A stretch of 32,000 bases of DNA from positions 120,001 to 152,000 of the forward strand of contig NC_004460.2 of NCBI RefSeq assembly GCF_000039765.1, given 5' to 3'. This document shows positions 23,269 through 30,875 of this stretch, piece by piece; the stretch's first letter is position 1, and each line of letters starts with the position of its first letter. The position numbers and the translations under genes were made by a program. Below the pieces are notes generated by a model, which was not told the origin of the DNA, did no database searches, and worked only from the letters and a program-made list of their open reading frames with translations. This DNA is from Vibrio vulnificus CMCP6. GTDB lineage: Bacteria > Pseudomonadota > Gammaproteobacteria > Enterobacterales > Vibrionaceae.

Positions 23269-26200
23269 ATGTTGTGCGCTTGTCAATCAATCGCTACACT
23301 TCCCCACCTTATAATCATCACTAGAGAGAGTTGTTGCTTGTTGTTACGAATCGCCGCGATCGCTTTGCTTAGTTTGCTCACATCATTGACCTCTGCGGCT
23401 AATTATCTATCAGATGCAGACCGCGATTACCTTTCAGCCCATCCGGTGCTGAATGTCGGCATTCTAAACAATAGTTGGTTACCATATTGGGGAGGGCTAG
23501 AGCTCGCGCCTCAAGGTATTCACCACGACTACGCAATGAGCTTTGCCAGAGAGCTAGGCATACAGATCCGCTACCAAGGCTACGACAGTATTCGCGAGAT
23601 GCTGCTTGGGTTAAAAAACGAAGAAGTGGATATGGTGATTGGCTTTGGCAAAACGCCGTCTCGCGCAAATGATTTCCTGTTTTCATTGCCGCTGTACAAA
23701 AATGTGCGCGTGATTTGGTTACGCGACAAAGCCCTTGAGCTTGAACCGCTCGAATCCCTCAAATGGGTCTGCGTTGAAAAAACCTCTTATTGTGAAGTGC
23801 TGGCCGAGCGGGGTTATCACAACGTTATCACCGCACGCAATTATCAGGCCGCTACGCAAATGATCTTGCAAGGGTTAGCCGATGCCACTATCAGCAACTA
23901 TGTCTCGCTTAGCCATTTCTTGAGCGAAAAAGAGGTCAGCCAGGGCAAGGTGTTGTTTGACAAGTCACTGGGTACCCAAATTAATCGTGTGTTGTTTAAC
24001 AAAGAGCAGCGCAAACTGAAGTCCATTATCGACAAAGTGATTCTGGCAGAACAAAGAGGCTTAACACGCAGTCGAATTCATTCAAAAGACATCTATTTTT
24101 TGAATGATCAAGCCAGCCTTCGTTTGCTGTTTGACGAAGGGCGAGAGCAAGTGATTCGTTATACGATCGAAGAAGAAACCTTTCCACTTTCCTATCGCGA
24201 TCAAGATGGAAAAGTGAAAGGCTATGTGCACGATATTCTGGATCGTATCAGCATGCGCAGCGTACTCGAATTTGAGTATGTGCCAGCGGAAGGGCGCGAT
24301 GTGCTGCAAATGTTGGAAGATGGTGTTGTTGACCTTCTGCCTGCTCGTAACTACCAAGGCGTGGACCAGCGCGACTTTCTCGTCACCGAGCCCTATGCCA
24401 ATATCACTTTTGATATGGTGGAAAGTACCGCTGACTATCAAGAGCGTAATCTGGCAATTCTTGATCGCACGGGCAACTACTACTCCTATCTGGATGTGAA
24501 TCGAGACTATCGAAATGTGCGTGTGTTCCGTGAGTTAGAAGAACTCTTACCGCAATTGGAATCGGGCAAAGTGAGTCACGCGTTGATGAATCAGGATCTG
24601 ATTCATCAACTATTGATTGACGATCATCGCGATCACTTTAAGCCACTGGCGGACTCGTTAGAGACCGAATTCGTCGTTAAATTAGCAATGGTGGTTCGTA
24701 AAGACGATCCCATGTTTCATGACATGCTAAACACTGCGCTGAAGACATTCTCCGTAAAGGAGATCGATTCTATTCAGTCTGCCTACCGCAAAGTAATGCT
24801 TCATTTTGGCTATGACAAGCAGCAGGTCATCATCTACTCGTTGATCGCTTTGTGTCTGGCGTTGCTGATCGTTTTGCTGTTTTCTCTTTGGTCGACACGC
24901 TTGAAAGACTCGTTGCGTCAGAGTGAAAAAGTGGTTGAGTTGTCTCAACATCAAATCAGTTGGTTAACCAAGTTGCTCGATACCATCCCTAGCATGATTT
25001 CCATTTCGGACTCAAAAGGACGTTTGGTGCTTTCAAACCAAGCTTATCAAGCGAGTTTTCGTCAATGTCGAGAGAATGGCTGTGTCGATCTAGAGAGCGC
25101 CTGTTCGTTTCTTCATTTATCTGAGCGAGAGCAAGCTGAATTTGAAGAGATCATTCAAGTGCCGGCCAGCGAATGTGGTCTGGGGGAGCGTTTTTACCAT
25201 GTGACGCGCAAAGCCATCCTCCATGACCAGATGGAAATGACTCACTATCTCACGCTGTTTAGCGATATTTCAGACTTGAAGCAAACCGAGCTGGCGCTGC
25301 GAGAATCCAACCGCGCGGCGTTGCAAGCCGTTGAAGCACGCAATCAGTTTTTAGCGGTGGTGAGCCATGAATTAAGAACCCCGATTGCTGCCATGTTGGG
25401 GCTGATGGAGATTCTGTCTCATCGCCTTTCAAACAGTGAAAGTCAGCAATTGCTTGATAACGCCATCCGTTCGGCTGAGCGTCTGAGTTTGCATGTGAAC
25501 GACATTCTCGATTTCTCAAAAATTGAGGCAAGCCAGTTGCAGCTAGACATTCAAGAGTATCGAATTATCGAAGAGCTGGGCCCTGTGTTACGAAGTTTTG
25601 AAGCAAGCGCGCAGCTAAAGGGATTACAGTTTAACGTTCATTGGCAACCCACGGCGTATATTGACGCGCAGTACGATGCGTTGAGAGTGAACCAAATTGT
25701 CAGCAACTTGCTTTCTAATGCGGTGAAATTCACCGAAGTCGGGCAGATAAAGGTGGAGATTGCTTGCGACGAAAATGCGCTATCGATTGAGATTGTAGAC
25801 ACTGGCTGCGGTATGACTGAGGCTCAACTCGATTGTGTCTTCCAGCCGTTTGTTCAAGCCGATACCAGCATTACTCGCCGCTTTGGGGGGACTGGCCTTG
25901 GGATGTCTATCGTCAAAAGTTTGCTGGATTTGATGGGAGGCACCATCGCATTCTATAGCGAGCTAGAGCAAGGAACCAAGGTGTCGGTCTGGATCCCGGT
26001 TAAAGGCCGCGCTTATGCGAGTGAGATTGAAGTGGCGCACTACCTCGGCGCAAGTGACCTCGTCATGGCTTGGTTCGAAAAATGGGGTACGCGAGGGAAT
26101 GCTGTGCACGGTTTGCCAAAGTTTGTCGATTGGTCATTATCGCCCATGGATAACCTCTATCCGGATTTATTACTCAAACAGTGGCTTGCTCAGGAGTCTG

Positions 26201-26940
26201 ACAACGTTCGCCGTCCCAATGAACAAGTGACCCGCCAGTTGCAGGGCAGGGTGCTGATCGTTGATGATGAACCGATCAATCGCTTATTGATGCAAAAACA
26301 GCTAAAAGAAATCGGCATTACTAGCGTTGCGCTGGCCGATGGTGAACAGGCGTTTCGTTATCTCCAACAGCATGGCGAGGGCATTGATTTGTTGATCACC
26401 GACTGCCATATGCCAATCATGGATGGTTTTGAATTAACGGCAAAAACGCGTAGCGATATTCTCTCATTTGCGGCGAAACCAATTGTTGGGTGCACCGCTG
26501 AGGATTCACGCATCGCAGCAGAAAAAGCCATGTCAGCCGGGATGGATAAGGTGATCTACAAGCCGTATTCACTGGCACAACTGCAACGCGTACTCGCGCA
26601 CTATTTGCCTGAGCAAGTTCAACAAGCGGACACTAACGCCAATTGGTTAAAGGAATATCAAGAAGAAGAAAGAGAAGAGATGGCGAATGTCGTTATCGAG
26701 TCATTTGGTTTTGATATTGAACAGCTCGAACAAGAAGGTGCCGATGTCGCGGCCATTGCTCACCGTGTAAAAGGGGCGGCAGGTGCTTTACTGTTGCATG
26801 AGTTGGCCGCGTTGGCGAAACGCGTTGAACAGCAAAAAGAACCTGAGCACGTTGAACGTAACAAACAGCAATTGATCTTATCCATGCAGACGGTGGTCGA
26901 GCAGGCGAATGCATGGTTAGCCAGTTCAAAGGGAGAGTAA
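23269..26940 (+). CDS. vieS: VieS-like hybrid sensor kinase: two periplasmic SBP_bac_3 (Venus-flytrap) domains, TM, PAS, HisKA, HATPase, REC, HPt
   Basis: 1223 aa in the track ORF. The true start may be an in-frame TTG near 23338, giving LLLRIAAIALLSLLTSLTSA as the signal. TM VIIYSLIALCLALLIVLLFSLW; H-box FLAVVSHELRTPIAAMLG; NLLSNAVKFT; DTGCGM; GGTGLGMSIV; REC RVLIVDDEPINR...LLITDCHMPIMDG; HPt AHRVKGAAGAL. It is followed by vieA- and vieB-like genes, as in the V. cholerae vieSAB operon. Confidence 0.75.
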   Translation: MLCACQSIATLPHLIIITRESCCLLLRIAAIALLSLLTSLTSAANYLSDADRDYLSAHPVLNVGILNNSWLPYWGGLELAPQGIHHDYAMSFARELGIQIRYQGYDSIREMLLGLKNEEVDMVIGFGKTPSRANDFLFSLPLYKNVRVIWLRDKALELEPLESLKWVCVEKTSYCEVLAERGYHNVITARNYQAATQMILQGLADATISNYVSLSHFLSEKEVSQGKVLFDKSLGTQINRVLFNKEQRKLKSIIDKVILAEQRGLTRSRIHSKDIYFLNDQASLRLLFDEGREQVIRYTIEEETFPLSYRDQDGKVKGYVHDILDRISMRSVLEFEYVPAEGRDVLQMLEDGVVDLLPARNYQGVDQRDFLVTEPYANITFDMVESTADYQERNLAILDRTGNYYSYLDVNRDYRNVRVFRELEELLPQLESGKVSHALMNQDLIHQLLIDDHRDHFKPLADSLETEFVVKLAMVVRKDDPMFHDMLNTALKTFSVKEIDSIQSAYRKVMLHFGYDKQQVIIYSLIALCLALLIVLLFSLWSTRLKDSLRQSEKVVELSQHQISWLTKLLDTIPSMISISDSKGRLVLSNQAYQASFRQCRENGCVDLESACSFLHLSEREQAEFEEIIQVPASECGLGERFYHVTRKAILHDQMEMTHYLTLFSDISDLKQTELALRESNRAALQAVEARNQFLAVVSHELRTPIAAMLGLMEILSHRLSNSESQQLLDNAIRSAERLSLHVNDILDFSKIEASQLQLDIQEYRIIEELGPVLRSFEASAQLKGLQFNVHWQPTAYIDAQYDALRVNQIVSNLLSNAVKFTEVGQIKVEIACDENALSIEIVDTGCGMTEAQLDCVFQPFVQADTSITRRFGGTGLGMSIVKSLLDLMGGTIAFYSELEQGTKVSVWIPVKGRAYASEIEVAHYLGASDLVMAWFEKWGTRGNAVHGLPKFVDWSLSPMDNLYPDLLLKQWLAQESDNVRRPNEQVTRQLQGRVLIVDDEPINRLLMQKQLKEIGITSVALADGEQAFRYLQQHGEGIDLLITDCHMPIMDGFELTAKTRSDILSFAAKPIVGCTAEDSRIAAEKAMSAGMDKVIYKPYSLAQLQRVLAHYLPEQVQQADTNANWLKEYQEEEREEMANVVIESFGFDIEQLEQEGADVAAIAHRVKGAAGALLLHELAALAKRVEQQKEPEHVERNKQQLILSMQTVVEQANAWLASSKGE

Positions 26941-26943
26941 CCG

Positions 26944-28710
26944 ATGAGAATACTGATTGTTGAGGATGAACGGATACAATCCACCAGTCTCAAATTAAAA
27001 CTGGCGTCACTCAATTACTGCGATGTTCAAGTGGCAGACAATGGTGAAGAAGCGTTAAAGCTTTGTGCGAAGCAGCGATTTTCACTGATTTTCTGTGATA
27101 TTCATATGCCAGAGATGGATGGCATTAGTCTGCTCACTCAACTCAGTGAACAACCCCATCGCCCGGCCATCGTCATTCTCAGTGCGGTCGAAGACGCGGT
27201 ACTTGAGTTGACCAAAAACATGTGCAGTCTGGCGGGCTTTCCTTACGTGGATGTGCTGAAAAAGCCTTTTAGCATTGAGTCGCTCTACAACGTCATTAAT
27301 CACTATGCGAGCTCAAAACAGCGCACGGTTGAGCCGAGTATCCAACACTCGCTTCGTTGTGAAGAGGTCGAGGTTGCGTTCGAGACCGATCAAATCTTCA
27401 ACTATTATCAGCCGCAATACGATTTTGCTACGGGTGCCATGGTTGGGGTGGAAGCTCTGGTCAGACTGAAACATCCGGAACATGGCGTGTTGGCTCCTGC
27501 TTCCTTTCTGTCAGTGATTGAGCAGTGTCAATGGATGGATAGGTTATTCTGGCGCGTGTTGGAAAAGGCGATCAGTGCGATTTCCAGCATGAGCGATGGT
27601 TTAAAGTTGTCGGTCAACATCAGCCAAAGCAATCTGCAACAGCCGATGTGTGACCGCGTGATGGCGTTATGCCAGCAGTACGACTTCGATCCCCATCGCT
27701 TGACGTTAGAGCTCACGGAAGATCAGGTTTACAACGGTAACACCGTTTCTCTGGCCAATCTTGCTCGGCTTCGTATGCACGGGGTTGGCTTATCCATTGA
27801 TGATTTTGGCACTGGGTACGCATCGCTCAGCCAGCTTGGTAAGTTGCCATTTAATGAACTCAAAATAGACAAAGGGTTTGTCTTTGATCTTGTCACTAAC
27901 TACAAGCATCAACAATTGACCAAAATGTGTTTGATGTTAGCCCAGTCGTTAGGGTTGCACTGCGTAGTGGAAGGCGTCGAGGACGAAGAGTCTTGGCAAT
28001 ATCTGCGTACGCTTGGGGTCGATACGTGTCAAGGCTATTACTCTTCGCCACCACTGACGATCGCTGAGCTTTCTGAGCAATATGCCAAAAATCAGAGTCG
28101 TAGCCTGAGCCAAGAGAGCATTGAAGGCGGGATTTGCGCGTTGGTGATTGATGAGTGCTCGGTCAGCTCTTCCGCGCTCACGAAACAATTACAACGTGCC
28201 AGCAGTGTGGCGCAAGTATTGATTGCTCGTAATCTCGATCAAGCAGTGAAAACGTTAAGGGATTACCCAGTCAATTTGGTGGTGGTTGATATCAAGTTTA
28301 TGTCTGATGCGACAAATTACACATTGTTGACCGATATTGATCAGCGCTTTAGTGGGCGGATGATTTTACTGACAGAACAATCGAATCCTGACATTGTTCT
28401 GTTACCTGAGCTCACCGCACGTAGTACCATTTTGTCAAAAGGCAGCGCCCTGTTCGATACCGTTCAAGAGATCTTAGCGCACAGTAAGCTCGAAAAAACG
28501 GATTTCTCAGCACAGCAAAATAAACTCGATCAACTGTCAGAAAGAGAGTTGGCGGTGGCGCAGATGTTGTTTAAAGGGCTTGGTAACAAGCAGATCGCAA
28601 ATCAATTGGACATCAATCAAAAGACAGTCAGCACATACAAAACACGAGTACAAACAAAGTTAGGGATCAAGTCTGCCATGGAACTGGTGAGGTTCTTTAC
28701 TCTAGATTGA
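26944..28710 (+). CDS. vieA: VieA-like response regulator / c-di-GMP phosphodiesterase (REC-EAL-receiver-like-LuxR HTH)
   Basis: 588 aa. REC (MRILIVEDE...LIFCDIHMPEMDG...KKPF). The EAL domain has all catalytic signatures (VEALVRL, NIS, ELTE, DDFGTGYASL, KIDKGF, EGVEDE, QGYY). C-terminal LuxR/FixJ HTH (LSERELAVAQMLFKGLGNKQIANQLDINQKTVSTYKTRV). It starts 4 nt after the vieS stop. Confidence 0.85.
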   Translation: MRILIVEDERIQSTSLKLKLASLNYCDVQVADNGEEALKLCAKQRFSLIFCDIHMPEMDGISLLTQLSEQPHRPAIVILSAVEDAVLELTKNMCSLAGFPYVDVLKKPFSIESLYNVINHYASSKQRTVEPSIQHSLRCEEVEVAFETDQIFNYYQPQYDFATGAMVGVEALVRLKHPEHGVLAPASFLSVIEQCQWMDRLFWRVLEKAISAISSMSDGLKLSVNISQSNLQQPMCDRVMALCQQYDFDPHRLTLELTEDQVYNGNTVSLANLARLRMHGVGLSIDDFGTGYASLSQLGKLPFNELKIDKGFVFDLVTNYKHQQLTKMCLMLAQSLGLHCVVEGVEDEESWQYLRTLGVDTCQGYYSSPPLTIAELSEQYAKNQSRSLSQESIEGGICALVIDECSVSSSALTKQLQRASSVAQVLIARNLDQAVKTLRDYPVNLVVVDIKFMSDATNYTLLTDIDQRFSGRMILLTEQSNPDIVLLPELTARSTILSKGSALFDTVQEILAHSKLEKTDFSAQQNKLDQLSERELAVAQMLFKGLGNKQIANQLDINQKTVSTYKTRVQTKLGIKSAMELVRFFTLD

Positions 28711-28711
28711 T

Positions 28712-30379
28712 ATGGTACTGATTAATAACACTATGGCAAAAAGACGTTTTTCACAGCTTAAAGTTTTGATCATCGATGATGCACCTGTCGTCATCACTAG
28801 TTTACGAGGTATGTTGCTCAAATTGGGTTTTTCCGATAGCAATATTCAGTTCAGTAAAAGCCCAAAATCAGCGGTATTCAAAGCGAATCGAGAAAAGTTC
28901 GACATCTTTATTTGTGACTATAATTTCGGCAAAGGGATGAATGGTAAGCAAATTTTTGAAGAGCTGAAACATTATAAATTGCTGGCAAATGATGCTGTTT
29001 TTATTCTCGTGACCGGGGAAAGCTCGGCCTTCATTGTCCATTCCATCTTAGAGCTCAAACCAGATGAATACATTCTAAAACCGTTCAATATCGGTATATT
29101 GCAAACTCGGCTCGAAAACGCAGTGTTGCGCAAGCAAGCGCTGGTGGAACTCTACCAAGCTGAGGCGGAAGGCAATGCGGAAAAGGGCTTGGCGGTGTGT
29201 ACAGAGTTGGAGCCCTTTCATCCCGAATACTATTTCATTATTCAGAAATTTCGTGGCGGTTTCCTCACTCGGCTGAAGTTGTACGAAGAAGCCAAAAAGG
29301 TTTATGAGCAGACGCTGGAAAAGAAAGAGCTCGATTGGGCGAAAGTGGGTCTTGCCAACGCGTTAAGGCACACAGGTAAAAAGTCGGAAGCCGCAAAACT
29401 GGTGCATGAGTTGATTGCAGCAATGCCGAGTAATACCACGGTAAGGGTTGAAGCCGCCAGCTTAAGCTTGATGAACAGCGATGTGCCTGACGCTATTGCA
29501 CACCTTAAGATTGCCAGCTCAATTGTACCTGGTAACTCAGAACGAGAATTGGTGATCGCTAACTTATGTTTGTCTGAAGGGGACACTCGCTCGGCTTTGC
29601 AACGATTTCGCCTCTATTCGGAAGTGAACAAAGAGACCTTTCGTAACAACCATTTCATGCGTATGAATCATATTCGAGCTTTACTCTATGCGTTGAATGA
29701 CGCCGAGCCGCAAGAAAGACTCCGTTGGCTGAAAGAAGCGAAAACCTTATTTAAACATGCTTACGAATTTAGTTTTGATGAGGAGCTGGAAAGCCAGTTT
29801 CAACTGATTGCTGCACACATTGCCATGGCGGAAAAACAGTATCGAATTTCATTTGAGATACTCAACCAGCTTTATCGTGTCAAACCGTTTAAGCATTTTT
29901 ATGATCGATACCATTTCGCGTGGCTGTTGAATGCGATGGGTTTTGACAGCGAGTTTTCACAATGCATTACCTGGTGTAAAGAGAGTTTACTCGACGATGA
30001 GCTAGAAACCATTTTAGCCAGTAAGACAGCGATGGCGAGAGCATTAGAAGTGCAAGGTCAGCAGAAAGTCGAGTGGTTAGAAGGCAAGTACAAATCGCTG
30101 ATTGAGCATAAACAAAACATCGAAAAACTGTTTCTCATTTACGCGGAGATATTTGAGCGCAGCCCAACGTTAAGAACCGTTTGCATCAAAATCATCACTA
30201 TTTTGTCTCGCTATTGGCCAAAAGAGATGGAGATCAAACGTGCTGCAGAGATTATGAAAGAATGTGATGTCACAATTCGTCAACTCATGACAGAAGAAGA
30301 GCGTGAAAAGCTTGGTTACGAGTCGATTTATGCCAAAGCGCATGAGCTACATGAGCAGCAGTATCAGGTCGTTTCTTAA
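28712..30379 (+). CDS. vieB: VieB-like response regulator (REC plus helical/TPR-like repeat region, no DNA-binding or enzymatic output domain)
   Basis: 555 aa. REC (LKVLIIDDAPVV...FDIFICDYNFGKGMNGKQ...LKPF) followed by ~430 aa of helical repeats. The ATG overlaps the vieA stop region (TGAtATG); an alternative start is ATG 28733. Confidence 0.7.
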   Translation: MVLINNTMAKRRFSQLKVLIIDDAPVVITSLRGMLLKLGFSDSNIQFSKSPKSAVFKANREKFDIFICDYNFGKGMNGKQIFEELKHYKLLANDAVFILVTGESSAFIVHSILELKPDEYILKPFNIGILQTRLENAVLRKQALVELYQAEAEGNAEKGLAVCTELEPFHPEYYFIIQKFRGGFLTRLKLYEEAKKVYEQTLEKKELDWAKVGLANALRHTGKKSEAAKLVHELIAAMPSNTTVRVEAASLSLMNSDVPDAIAHLKIASSIVPGNSERELVIANLCLSEGDTRSALQRFRLYSEVNKETFRNNHFMRMNHIRALLYALNDAEPQERLRWLKEAKTLFKHAYEFSFDEELESQFQLIAAHIAMAEKQYRISFEILNQLYRVKPFKHFYDRYHFAWLLNAMGFDSEFSQCITWCKESLLDDELETILASKTAMARALEVQGQQKVEWLEGKYKSLIEHKQNIEKLFLIYAEIFERSPTLRTVCIKIITILSRYWPKEMEIKRAAEIMKECDVTIRQLMTEEEREKLGYESIYAKAHELHEQQYQVVS

Positions 30380-30535
30380 GCGAATATCGCTTTGTTGATT
30401 AGATAAGAGAACTTATTCATATCTTTATGGGATGAATTGGAGGTGAGTCATATCTATGACTCATTACTTATGGTATTTTTTAGCTTCTGTTGAGTCCTGA
30501 TTACAAGTGGGGCTTTGCTGTTACAGGAGTTTTCT

Positions 30536-30769
30536 ATGTCACACAAAATCGAATCACATGCTTGCCCACAATGCGGCACCGATACACCTCATGTCGTTAT
30601 CTTGGTACGAAAAACCAGTCCTTATAAAGATGACAAAAAGCGCGATTGGAAAGAGTTTTTCTCAGGCTTTGTAAAAGGCGCAGTTTTAGGGGCATTCATC
30701 GCTTCGATGGACGAATTTGAACGCCATCTCGTCTGTGAACAGTGCGGACATAAAATCATCGAAGAATAA
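30536..30769 (+). CDS. Small (77 aa) zinc-ribbon-like protein with a central hydrophobic segment; unknown function
   Basis: I trimmed the track ORF to ATG 30536, which has an AGGAG Shine-Dalgarno 7 nt upstream. Two CXXC pairs (CPQC near the N-terminus, CEQC near the C-terminus) bracket FFSGFVKGAVLGAFIASM. A good terminator follows. Confidence 0.55.
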   Translation: MSHKIESHACPQCGTDTPHVVILVRKTSPYKDDKKRDWKEFFSGFVKGAVLGAFIASMDEFERHLVCEQCGHKIIEE

Positions 30770-30818
30770 CGTTCTACTGTTGCAAGCAACGAAAAGCATC
30801 GCAACACTCAACTCAATT

Positions 30819-30851
30819 TGAGCGGCTCAAGCGCGAGCCGCTCAGCTTTTT
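30819..30851 (+). terminator. Rho-independent terminator after the zinc-ribbon ORF (the hairpin is shared with the convergent GGDEF-EAL gene)
   Basis: Sequence is TGAGCGGCTC-aagcgc-GAGCCGCTCA-GCTTTTT. The stem is a perfect 10 bp. Confidence 0.75.
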
Positions 30852-30875
30852 CATGCGGTGAGTTAAAAAATAACG

